A stretch of DNA of 63,868 nucleotides, counting the filler, from Reclinomonas americana ATCC 50394 (lineage: Eukaryota): the NCBI GenBank assembly GCA_048213135.1. It is 5 parts of 2 records of this genome, joined end to end, with 100 filler letters (N's around TTAATTAATTAA, not from the genome) between each part and the next. Parts side by side here need not be neighbours in the genome. Positions count along the whole stretch, not along the records: positions 51,771 to 62,578 come from PS015094.1; positions 62,679 to 63,868 come from PS015119.1; 3 more parts are not named here. The stretch is one strand, 5' to 3'. A program made the position numbers and the translations under genes. Under the pieces are notes generated by a model. That model made no database searches. It was not told where the DNA came from and worked only from the letters and a program-made list of their open reading frames with translations. Of the stretch, positions 52,901 to 63,868 are shown in pieces (position 1 is the stretch's first letter; each line of letters opens with the position of its first letter).

Positions 52901-53736
52901 CGGGGCGGTGTGCAAAGAGCAGCTCCTGTGCGTACTGCCGTCGCAGGTTGATGGTGGTGAGGCTGTCGTCGCCGTACAGGTTCTGGTACATCTCCAGCGT
53001 CGGTCCCAGCACGTCAGCCGCCTGCTCGTGGTTGTCGTCCTTGGCGAGCTGGTCGGCCCACGCCACACGCAAGCGTGCCGTCTGTTGCAGTGCGTCGTCG
53101 CCCGTCAGAGTCTGACTGGCCACCACGCAGTTGCCGAGGGTGACAGCCGCCTGGTTGTGGTCGTTCATGTCNNNNNNNNNNNNNNNNNNNNNNNNNNNNN
53201 NNNNNNNNNNNNNNNNNNNNNNNNNNNNNNNNNNNNNNNNNNNNNNNNNNNNNNNNNNNNNNNNNNNNNNNNNNNNNNNNNNNNNNNNNNNNNNNNNNNN
53301 NNNNNNNNNNNNNNNNNNNNNNNNNNNNNNNNNNNNNNNNNNNNNNNNNNNNNNNNNNNNNNNNNNNNNNNNNNNNNNNNNNNNNNNNNNNNNNNNNNNN
53401 NNNNNNNNNNNNNNNNNNNNNNNNNNNNNNNNNNNNNNNNNNNNNNNNNNNNNNNNNNNNNNNNNNNNNNNNNNNNNNNNNNNNNNNNNNNNNNNNNNNN
53501 NNNNNNNNNNNNNNNNNNNNNNNNNNNNNNNNNNNNNNNNNNNNNNNNNNNNNNNNNNNNNNNNNNNNNNNNNNNNNNNNNNNNNNNNNNNNNNNNNNNN
53601 NNNNNNNNNNNNNNNNNNNNNNNNNNNNNNNNNNNNNNNNNNNNNNNNNNNNNNCCTCGGCGCTCAACATCGCGAGACGGTGGCCACACAACGCGAGCTC
53701 GACCGCATCCGCAATGTGGAGGTCGTACCCATGTGA
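49925..53736 (+). CDS. Single-pass membrane protein with a P-loop NTPase (STAND-like) domain and C-terminal kinesin-light-chain-type TPR repeats; split by a linker and gaps
   Basis: TM AVGMVAALVVAVILTPILL; Walker A APPGSGKST; Walker B-like VVILENV; VILVTS; last exon LGAQHRETVATQREL...* at 53736. Sequence either side of the linker at 51671-51770 appears to continue in frame. Confidence 0.6.
52600..53170 (-). CDS. TPR-repeat exon of the above gene on a flipped contig
   Basis: Repeats of about 42 aa: LYGDDSLTTIN, LGSTHGQTLATM, LGESSSSTLATEFSLAQ. Confidence 0.75.
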
Positions 53737-54210
53737 GCAACACTACCTCACCACGCACTCTCTCGGTTTTTTTCTGTTTGCTTGTTTGGCTCTTGGAGAC
53801 CTCCGACATTGCTGGTCTCGATTTTGTGTTTCCCTTCCCCCCTTTTTGGTTATTATTATTTTTGCCCCCCTTCGCCTCCCCCTACACGCCACATGACACA
53901 CATGCACATACTATCTACACACGCGAGTGTGGCGTTAAACGTTGCCGTCCGCTGCGCTGGCCACGCCGGCAATCGTGTTCCCCGAACTGGTCGAAAGTCC
54001 CCGCATCCACATTGCGGGTGATCGCGCAAATTATCTGCGCGTGTGATTCGTCACCTACCCGTCCTCTCTGCCTTTTCCTCTTCCATGCCCCTCTCCATCT
54101 ATTTCTATGCCACACTAGATTAAAAATACATACTATAACGAGATATGATGAATTACATTGGTTTTGACTGCAATTGTACCTCTTTGTCTCTTTCCCTCTC
54201 TTGTCACGCA

Positions 54211-55802
54211 ATGAGCTTCCCCGAAGACGCCCGCCGCACCTGCATGGCTCTTGTGGCCGACGAAGCGCACGTGGACCACGAGGCAGTCGACCGCTTTGCA
54301 CGCTCTCTCGATGTGGATGTTGCGTGCACACACACACACACACACACTGTCATGCACACATTGTGATCCACATGCATGTTGACTGTCTCGATGCAGCTTG
54401 TGCGTCGACTCGGCTCCTCGCTGGCCACGCTCACCCAGGAGGCCAGCGCCGGTGGGCACGAGGTGGGACACACCGTCTTCACTGTCAAGTTCCCCGATGT
54501 GGACTCGGAGGTGGCCTTTATCGCCCTCGCGCACGCTCTCGACTTTGCCAGTGGCTTCCGACACGAGCTGCATCGCTTCACTGGGTGAGTGTGTGTCTAT
54601 GTGTATGCCTGCATCATGTTGCCTGCTCTGACACTGATCCATGTGCATGCAGACTCGGCGCGTGGAACACGATGCGAGTGAGTTGTTGTCACCACCAAGC
54701 AGTAGCATCCATTACCGACACTGTGTGCTTCTTTCCTGTGTGCAGCCTGGAATCGAGAACCTGTACAAGGCCGATCCGACTCTGTCGCCACGCTTCTTGA
54801 CTTCGCTCACCGCTGCCGACATTGAGCGGCACTTTGCGATCGCCGGCACAGTTGCGACAAGCATGCAAGCGCTGCGGGCGTGCTCTCTTTCTCTCTTTCC
54901 CTTTCTCGTGTTGACTTTCCGCCGTCTCTCTGCGCAGGATGTCGATGGCCGTGAAACCGGCCTGCAGCTGCTGATCGACGAAATCGTGATGGTGGTGCAC
55001 GAGCTCGGCGAGCGTCTCGATGAGCTTGGACTCGCCTCCCTGTCGCAGCTGGTGCTGCGTGCGCTCGACGCCGAACCTCGCAGCGCAGCGGCCATTGTTC
55101 GTGCCCTGGTGGAAGGTTGGCCTTGTCACCCCGTCCACTCCCTTCTTTTTTTTTTTCCGTAGCCGTGTCCCAATCTGTCTTCTCTCTCTCTCAGCGTTTC
55201 CACGCACCTTCAACGACGTGCACATGTACAAGGACCAGGAAGTGCGACTGTACAAGAAGGCGCAGTTGGTGGTGGGCGAGTTGTACCAGTTGCGAGAGGG
55301 AAACCACCGGCACCTCCTTCTCTTCCCCCACTGCTCACTCACTCACTCACTTACTCTTGTCAACAGTCGCTTCCGAGCCGAAGACCCGCGTTTCGATTTC
55401 GGTAAATCTTCATTGCTCCCTCCTCCTCCTCCGCCGCCGCAGCGTGTAGTACTCACCACCACCATCTGTCGTGCAGAGGACGCCCACCGACTGACGGCCT
55501 TTGTGGACAACGTGATTGTCGCCACGCTGCGCAAGCTCGGCGTGGTGTGGACGTGCGAGGCGGTGGCCACACGCATCGCCAGTCGCGAGTCGCTGCCGTC
55601 GTCGTCGCCGGCCGAGGTCGCGCTGCGTGCTACGGCGCTGCATGGCGTCGAGGCAGTGGTCGAAGCCGTCAACTCGATTCAGCAGCCGTCTCCGCCACTG
55701 ACGTCCATCGAGCTCGGCAACTACCTGTGGGCTGTGCTCGGCAAGGCGCCCGACTTCCGCACCTACGAGCGCCACTCCACCAAGGACACCGTGTTTTACT
55801 GA
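54211..55802 (+). CDS. Queuosine salvage protein (DUF2419/QNG1 family)
   Basis: LVEAFPRTFNDV...VRLYKKAQLVVGELY...LTAFVDNVI..TLRKLGV...EVALRA...LGNYLW...HSTKDTVFY*. Confidence 0.85.
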
Positions 55803-55812
55803 ATAAACACAG

Positions 55813-56530
55813 TCACCGAAGAGATGCTTGCACCGTCGCCGTCGAGCGCATCCTCTGCAACCACGTCACCAACTGTGCACCACTCAAACGCGTTCCCGAC
55901 GTGCGCTGCTCCCGATCGTGCGCCCGCAGCAACGTGGTCACACTCGGCACCTTGTCTGCACTCGCGGCACCAGCCGACTTGCCACCACCACCACCACCAG
56001 CAGCAGCAGCAGGCACGGGAGCAGGCAGCACTGGCGTTGTCGTCGTCGTCGTCGCCAGCAGCGACTGCACCACATCATCCCGCCCCGCCGCCACCGCCAG
56101 CAGCACATCAATCGTGTGCGGTGACGGCATCTCTGCCCCCACCCCTACTTCCACCTCTCCTTCCGCCTTGGCGGCCCAGCGCTCCGACTCCACCACCGCC
56201 GCGCGAATGCACGCAGGAGCCTCCAGCACACTCTGTTCTCCCCGCCATAACGACTGCTGCAGCTCCACCGTGCGACGCACACTGCGCACGTCCACTGGCT
56301 CAAGCACACAAGCAGCAGAAGCCGTCTCCTCTTTCTCTCCAAGTGGTGGTGGCGCTGTCGCCTCAGTGCTGGCCTCTTCTCGCTTTGCTTCCGATGCCTG
56401 CAATCGATCGCGTGCACGATTCAGCAGGCCGAGCACCATGCGTGCAGTGTCCACCGAGAGCGATTGCTGTGGAGCACAGCGCTGCAGACGGACGAGCAGC
56501 GCGGCCACGCGGAGTTCACGCATTTGGGTT
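55813..56530 (-). CDS. Hypothetical protein, start not resolved
   Basis: Open frame of about 240 codons with coding-like composition, converging on QNG1. Confidence 0.5.
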
Positions 56531-56792
56531 ACCTGCCGGCAATTCCAGTTCCGTCGCCTCACCGCAACCCCACAATCACTCGATCAATCACTCACTTGTT
56601 TTTCAGTCTTCTGAGAGGTGCGCTGCCTGGGCCACTCGCCCACTCTCTGCTCTCCATTGCGACATGATCCACTGACTGCGAAACTGTGCTGCTCTGTCTG
56701 TCTGTGTGCGTGTGTGTGCGTGTTTCGTTGTCGTGCATGTCATGTGCATGTGCTGCTTGCCCTCCAGCCCCCTCGCCCCACACACACACATC

Positions 56793-57376
56793 ATGGTCCG
56801 CGCCTCTGTCTTGCACGACGCATTGAAGGTAAACGCACACTTTGTTGCTGCGCTGTTGTGCTCTGTGTGAGAAGGGGAGTCACTCATGATTATCATTGTC
56901 ATTATCAGTCGATCTACAACGCTGAGAAGCGTGGTAAGCGACAGGTGCTGCTGCGCCCCTCGTCAAAGGTGGTGCTGCGATTCCTCCAGGTCATGCAGAA
57001 GCACGGTGAGTGCGCGCGCGCGCGTGTGTGTGTGCGTTTGTGTGCGAGCGCCATGCATTTGCTCCCTGCCACTCACCTTTGCCCCTGTCCTCTTCTGCCT
57101 TGCGTCGCAAACAGGCTACCTGGGTGAGGTGAGTGCGATTGTAGTGCGCGTATTCAACTCATCATGACTTCGAGAGAGGGTGTGTGCTGACTCAACAATG
57201 TCTCATCACAGATCACTGTGGTCGATGATCACCGCGCTGGCAAGAGTTTCGTCTTTGTGTGTGTATGCCACCTGATGAGCAGCCTGTACTCATGCTTGCC
57301 TCTCTTCGCAGTTGTCGTCGAGCTGACTGGCCGCATCAACAAGTGCGGTGTCATCTCACCTCGCTTCCCTGTGCCT
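56793..57376 (+). CDS. RPS15A: 40S ribosomal protein S15A (uS8), exons 1-5
   Basis: [79 protein letters not shown]. Confidence 0.97.
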
Positions 57377-57628
57377 GTTGCGTCTCGTAGTGCTGTTGCC
57401 CTTGTCGACAACGCCCNNNNNNNNNNNNNNNNNNNNNNNNNNNNNNNNNNNNNNNNNNNNNNNNNNNNNNNNNNNNNNNNNNNNNNNNNNNNNNNNNNNN
57501 NNNNNNNNNNNNNNNNNNNNNNNNNNNNNNNNNNNNNNNNNNNNNNNNNNNNNNNNNAGCCCCCTCGGAAGAACACACGACGCCATCACCGTGTGCTCCT
57601 CCACTACGACAATGCCGAGTTGAAAGAT

Positions 57629-57775
57629 TTAGTAGAAGAAGCCGAGGATCTTGCCGCCGACGCTCTTCTGGCGGGCCTCCAGGTGATCAATGATGCCGTC
57701 TGAGGTGGTCAACACAATGTAGCCGAACTGGCGGGATGGCAGCAGGCTGCCAGACCACGACTCGACCTTCTCCAG
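57629..57775 (-). CDS. RPS15A: Last exon of RPS15A on a flipped contig
   Basis: [48 protein letters not shown]. Confidence 0.93.
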   Translation of the reverse strand: MEKVESWSGSLLPSRQFGYIVLTTSDGIIDHLEARQKSVGGKILGFFY

Positions 57776-58838
57776 CTGCGCTCACATACCCACCAACGTC
57801 AGTGGGAGAGCAAGACAANNNNNNNNNNNNNNNNNNNNNNNNNNNNNNNNNNNNNNNNNNNNNNNNNNNNNNNNNNNNNNNNNNNNNNNNNNNNNNNNNN
57901 NNNNNNNNNNNNNNNNNNNNNNNNNNNNNNNNNNNNNNNNNNNNNNNNNNNNNNNNNNNNNNNNNNNNNNNNNNNNNNNNNNNNNNNNNNNNNNNNNNNN
58001 NNNNNNNNNNNNNNNNNNNNNNNNNNNNNNNNNNNNNNNNNNNNNNNNNNNNNNNNNNNNNNNNNNNNNNNNNNNNNNNNNNNNNNNNNNNNNNNNNNNN
58101 NNNNNNNNNNNNNNNNNNNNNNNNNNNNNNNNNNNNNNNNNNNNNNNNNNNNNNNNNNNNNNNNNNNNNNNNNNNNNNNNNNNNNNNNNNNNNNNNNNNN
58201 NNNNNNNNNNNNNNNNNNNNNNNNNNNNNNNNNNNNNNNNNNNNNNNNNNNNNNNNNNNNNNNNNNNNNNNNNNNNNNNNNNNNNNNNNNNNNNNNNNNN
58301 NNNNNNNNNNNNNNNNNNNNNNNNNNNNNNNNNNNNNNNNNNNNNNNNNNNNNNNNNNNNNNNNNNNNNNNNNNNNNNNNNNNNNNNNNNNNNNNNNNNN
58401 NNNNNNNNNNNNNNNNNNNNNNNNNNNNNNNNNNNNNNNNNNNNNNNNNNNNNNNNNNNNNNNNNNNNNNNNNNNNNNNNNNNNNNNNNNNNNNNNNNNN
58501 NNNNNNNNNNACCTCCGAAGTGAAACCAGCCAAATTGCAACTGACTGCTTTGTCGCCTCTCTCTCTCTCTCCCGCCCCCCCGCGTCTGTCCCTCTGTCCG
58601 TTCTCTTTTCCTTCTCCCACCTCCCCCTCTTTACATCCACGCTTCTTTGCTGGTGTGTACCGCCCCGCTTGAGCTCAGCCTAGCTGAGTTTCCTATCCTC
58701 GCGTGCACAAAGTCGCACGTGAGGCAAACGGGTGCGAACACTTGCCAGTTCTTGAACACCATACAGAATCCGTGCACCACCACCACGACGACGACGGACG
58801 AAGAACCGCATACATATCGCGAGGAATGACGTGTTCAT

Positions 58839-60192
58839 TTATCCTCCAGTTACCTCCACCACCTCAGCAGCGCCGTCGAAGTCGCGGACATAGACGCGTG
58901 GCAGTCGTGCCGCCAGTGCCGTGCCCATCTCGTACGAAATCGTCCCGAGCAGGTCGGCCTTGCCAGAGAGCGACGTCTGGGGATCGTAGTCTGCGCTGGC
59001 CACCTCGAATACGTCGTCCACGGTGGTGTCCGAGGGCACTACGCATGTCACTTGATCCATGGAGACGCGGCCGGCGGTGCACAGCATAAGGCCGTCGCGC
59101 ACGCGACGCAGGAAACCGCGTCCGTTGGACTGGGAGCGGAAGTATCCGTCGGCGTAGCCAAACGGTAGCGTGGCCACTGTCTCGCCCTGGGGGTTTGTGC
59201 ATTCGTAGGTTCGCGAGTAACCGACCGTGTCGCCTTGCTGGATGTGTTTGACCAGGGTTGGCGTGGCGCGCCAGCGTGCAATGGGACGGAATCCTTCGCG
59301 GGCCATATCCCACGGCCCTCCCGGGTGCAGGCCGTACAGAATGATCCCGCAGCGTGCCCAGTCGTAATTGAGGCCGGTGCCGGCGTAGCGCATGACGGCG
59401 CCCGAATTGCAGGCGTGTCGGATCAAGTGTGCGTGCGGTGCCGTCGCCTTGTCGAATCGCTCCCGTTGTAGTGCAGTAAATTCGGGATTGTCTGGCGAGT
59501 CGGCGTAATGCGTGTAGAGGCCCTCCACTGCGACGTTGAGAGTCGCAGCATCGCGCAGGAACTGATCGAGGGTGTGCGGCGGAATGCCGACGCGACCCAT
59601 GCCTGAATCGATCTTGATGTGCACCGGTCGCTTCGGCAGCGGACTGCCGGGTGGAGGTGACAGGCCGGCATACGCCGTCAGCGCATCGCGCGTCACTACG
59701 GTGGGCGTCAGATCGTATCGAACAACCTGCAGGAAGAGGCTTCAGAACAGCAGCAACAGCAGCAGGAGGAGGAGCAATGATGAGCGCAACATCGGCCATT
59801 TCCCGAGCCGGCACCGATCCCATGACCAAGATGCGGGCGGTGTGCGGGATGCCACCGTCGCGCAACGCGGCACCCTCCGAGGTGCACGCCACCGCCAGCG
59901 TACGCACTCCCATGGCCAGCAGAGCACGCGACACAGGCACCGATCCGTGTCCGTATGCATTCGCCTTGACCACACCTGCGAGTAGAGAGTGATGAGCAGG
60001 GGGAGAGGGAGAGGAAGCAAGAGGCGGAAAGGAGATGCACCGACGAGCTCACAGCCAGGTCGCACCCGTTGTCGGATCTGCTGCACATTGTTGGCCAGCG
60101 CGGCTGCATGCATGTCAGCGGTGAGCCCCAACTCACTGCATTTTTCCGCCGATAATCTCACCCAAAGACACCTCCAGCCACGATCCTCTCAT
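58839..60192 (-). CDS. alr: Alanine racemase (PLP fold type III) with three spliceosomal introns
   Basis: MRGSWLEVSLAALANN, VVKANAYGHG (PLP Lys), VHIKIDSGMGRVG, GLYTHY, HACNSGA, RCGIILYG, VGYS (catalytic Tyr), PFGYADGY, GRVSMDQ, GTISYE. Confidence 0.95.
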
Positions 60193-60208
60193 GCTGTTTA
60201 CGCCTTTA

Positions 60209-62420
60209 TTACAACTCGACTCTGCGCAGAACTTCTGCGGTCGACAGCGGTTGCCGGATGAGTGGGACAGTGCGTCGGAATTCGGCGGCGCCTTCGGGCG
60301 TCGGGTGGTTGCCTTGCGGGTCACAGATGGAGGTGAGTGCAGGCAGCTGGCGACACATTATCTCCTCAAAAATGCTCACCTCGCAAGTCGACAAACGCCA
60401 GCTTCGGCACGTGTGGCAAGTTCAGTTCGACGTGCAAGAGACCGGTGTCACCAAACTCGCAGCCTGTGAACGCAAAGTGAGATGCGGAAACACGGTGGGG
60501 AGCCCTGGAAATGTGCAATACCGCTTAGGTCCAAGTAGTGCAGCGATGGCAAGTTGCCGAGGTGCGACGCCACGGCCTGCGTGCCTGCATCCTCAATCTT
60601 GTTGTTCCGCAAATCCAACAACTCGAGTGCCGGCATTGCGTGGAAGTGCTGTGCCAGCAGCCGAATGCCCTCATAGCCGAACTCGTTGTCTATGGAAAAA
60701 GAATGAGCGCCCGCTTCAGTCATAGTCACGATCGCGAGCTGCGTGACGTACCCGACAATCGAAGCGTGCGCAGCGCCGGCGCCTCGTGTACGTGAAACGC
60801 CAATGTGCGCACTCCTGAATCGGTAATGGCATTGACGCTCAGGTCCAGCTCGGTGATGCGTGGCATGTGCTTCAGTTGGGCAGCAAGCGAGGCCACTCCG
60901 TCGGCACGAATGAAACACCGACACAGGTTCAGCGAGCGCAGCAATGGCACATCCATGAGGTGGTAGGTGAGGTTGTTGGCCCCCTGCGGACCAAACTTGG
61001 GATTGCCTGTACATGCACCGTGAGTGGCCGAGTGCCTGGCTACACACACACACACATACACGCAGCACGCACGTGACAGATCAAGCGCCGTCAGCTGCTG
61101 TAGCAAGCGGAGCCGTGAACTAATGTCGATGACGGCCTCGGCGGTGATCATGTTTTCTGCGGCGCAGGCGTCGGATTTCCCACCCACACACGCGAACAAC
61201 AACACGACGCAAATCGCAACTGGCCAAGCGTAGATCGGAGAGATGTGGCGTGTGCACCAAAGCTCGCATCAGCGCATTGATGCCACTCGCACCAGCGTCG
61301 TTGTCTGCACCACCACATGCGTAATGAGTCGGCGAGCAAAAAGCCACAGTGGCATGCGTACGAAGTTGTGAATGCAACTGCTGAGGTTCAAGAATCGCAG
61401 CTCTTGCATGCCTGCAAAGTGTGCAGCCTGGCGCAAGCGGAAACACCACAAACATGAGAACACGTGAACAAGGCATGTTTCTTTCTCCGAAGCATGAGAG
61501 TACCAGTGCTACCACTCCATCCTGCATGTCGTTGCCCGACAGATCCAAGTGCGTGATCTGCGCCAGATTAACCAAACTGGGCGCCAGCGCCACCGCACAT
61601 GCCGGTCCCATGCAGTTGTCACCCAGATCCAAGGTGCGCAAGTTGGGAATGTCTTGCAGACGCAAGCCGAAATCAGTAATGCCAGCCACACCGTTCAGGT
61701 TGTTTGCTGTGCAGCACACAATCGTAAGGCGCAATGCGCACACCCGCCATCGCCGAACAAAGCACGCATAGACAAACATCGCAGGCGCAGCTCCGTGAGG
61801 TTGCGATTACTGCGAAGGTTGGCGGCCAGCAGCAGCAGGCCACGATTCTCCAGGTCACATTCTGCACAAGCGCACTCGGTAAGCAGGAATGCTCTTGTTT
61901 TTCTTTCAACACCAAACCAGTCAGTCGCCATGCACTTCACCATTCATGTCCAGCGACTGTAGCCTGGAGAGCGTCTGCAGATGGTGGGCAAAGGCGTGCG
62001 CACCCTCCGGTCCAATGTGACAACCTGTGAGTTTCTCGGCGCAGGTGAGGCGCGAGTGGAGAGAATGCAACGGAAACACCCGCGGTCGCCGACACACACC
62101 TGCCATGTAAATGGCAGTCAGGTCGGGCACCTCCTGCAGCACCAACTCGGCTGCCTCGGCCACCACTTTCTGGATGGCCATGGCGTCGGGTTCACGGCCG
62201 GCTGGGGCGTGCGGAAAGGTGACCTCGCTCAGTTGAGGGAAGCAGCGCAGAGTCGGGTGCAGCGCTCTGGCGCGCAGCAGAGACGCTCTTCCGGGTTTCA
62301 ATGCTTCCGCTGGGTCGTCCATCTGTGCGGAGAAACAATGTCGGCACATCAACACATTGGCATGTGTGTACAAAATTCACAACTCGACCTCCAGATTCAA
62401 GTGCGTCAGCGCTGCATGTA
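60209..62420 (-). CDS. Ribonuclease-inhibitor-type leucine-rich-repeat protein (about 28-aa repeats), 5' end in gap
   Basis: Repeated LxxLDLxxNxIxxxG (LELLDLRNNKIEDAG, ITELDLSVNAITDSG, LRTLDLGDNCMGPA). Last exon ends LRRVEL* at 60209-60211. Confidence 0.88.
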
Positions 62421-62700
62421 GATCGGTGGGTGTGAGCAACGATAGACACACAACACACACACACACAGACGATGCAACCGCACGCAAACCATTTTCCAGT
62501 GCCGTGCAGAACCCACGAGCAACACGCCACCACGAGCGCTGTGGACATAACACTGTGAGAAACGCGTTCCACACAAAANNNNNNNNNNNNNNNNNNNNNN
62601 NNNNNNNNNNNNNNNNNNNNNNTTAATTAATTAANNNNNNNNNNNNNNNNNNNNNNNNNNNNNNNNNNNNNNNNNNNNCGTACGTACGTCGTCGTCGTCG

Positions 62701-62827
<127 letters not shown>

Positions 62828-62845
62828 TGTGTGCGTGTGCCACAG

Positions 62846-63728
62846 AAACATTTACTGCGAGGCGTGGAAGACTCGTGACGGCAGCTCGCTGTGCGACTAC
62901 TTCCTCGAGCTGTGCACGGAGAGCGGATTGCAGCCATTCGACTTGGTGTGCATGGGACCGTGGCAGCTGCTGCTGGCCGCGTTGCTGCAAAAGCACTCCT
63001 TTGACGAGTACTTTGGCATTGTCTTGCGACTGGCACAGGTGTGTGTGTTTGTTAACGTGGATGTCGCGCCGCGGTGAGCGACACTTAACGCCACGACTGT
63101 GTGTCGCAGTTGTACGAGGGACGAGCCGCGGGAAAAGTGTTTGCCAACGAGGCTCTGGAGAACGGCTATCCCACCTTGTGTGACGAGGTGGATGCACTGA
63201 TGGAGGTCGATGCAATGGGATCGCTGCAAAAGGTGCTGTCCACCATCGCGTCCGTGTACGGACGAGTGTGCGGCACACTGCCACCTGCCGGCGATGCCAG
63301 TGCGTCGCCGTCGAGTCGCGAGTCTGTCGCAGCCACCGCCACTCGCGGCCTCTCCTTCGAGGTGCCGCTGCCTGCCGCTCCTGCCTACCTGCTGGAATTT
63401 GTGTCGACAACAGCGCTGTGCGTCGTGACCAGCATCCGTGGAATGCATGTGGTCGCTGATGCGTTTTGTGTGCTGTCTGCTGCAGGCAGGTGGCCGTGGC
63501 GCTGGAGAACCTGCTGAGTCAAACCGGATCAACCATGGACGGTCAGTGGCTGCGAATGGAGTGGCGCGTTTCGTTTGTTCTCAACGTTGTGATGCAGCCT
63601 CGCGAACCGCCCGCAACTTGCTCCGCGAGCTCGCCCAGTACATCCCGCAAGTCGACAACGAAGTATTCAAGCAAATCCGATTCGTTCTCGATCGGTACAG
63701 CTCACGAGGCGGTGATGCAAGGCGATAA
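62846..63728 (+). CDS. 3' exons of an unknown alpha-helical protein
   Basis: Exons separated by GT-AG introns (CEAWKTRDG...; LYEGRAAGKVFANEAL...; ARNLLRELAQYIPQVDNEVFKQIRF...*). Confidence 0.55.
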
Positions 63729-63868
63729 AAAGAACAAAAGCCGTTGTGTAGACCCTTGCATGGCGGGAATTGTCATCTACAATTTTTCAACCAACACACA
63801 CCGAGAACATGTGTTGCGTCTCCATCAACCGCCCACACTCACTGCACCTCTCTTTGTACGCCTCTTCT

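Noticed and set aside
56829-57310. Intronic snoRNAs in RPS15A
   Set aside because: Introns are short and I found no convincing C/D or H/ACA box pair with a terminal stem.

Overview
GC-rich, intron-dense nuclear DNA from a eukaryote with motile flagella (it carries DNAAF3 and a p25alpha/TPPP gene); the species cannot be determined from the sequence. It is a draft scaffold with N gaps, four artificial N-TTAATTAATTAA-N linkers and several small contigs that appear flipped. About 25 tightly packed genes use the standard code, including a USP36-like/RGG protein, DNAAF3, KELP/PC4, a tandem TPPP, a dead trypsin, a claudin-like protein, DUF952, an S10 carboxypeptidase, a TKL kinase, ABCD, DPB4/POLE3, an IP3 receptor, SppA, a CBM48 protein, a C2-MUN (Unc13-like) protein, a membrane-anchored P-loop/TPR protein, QNG1, RPS15A, alanine racemase and an RI-type LRR protein. 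The strongest unexplained signal is a two-register 5' splice-site code: exons ending in G mostly use G|GTGCGT or G|GTGAGT, while exons ending in A/C/T mostly use a donor shifted by one base, GTT(G/T)CGT. Other highlights are a candidate AT-AG intron, an intron-containing alanine racemase starting 16 nt after the upstream stop codon, and an IP3R with a non-canonical GGSMED pore filter. Exon boundaries were traced by hand and family calls come from motif recognition, not database searches.
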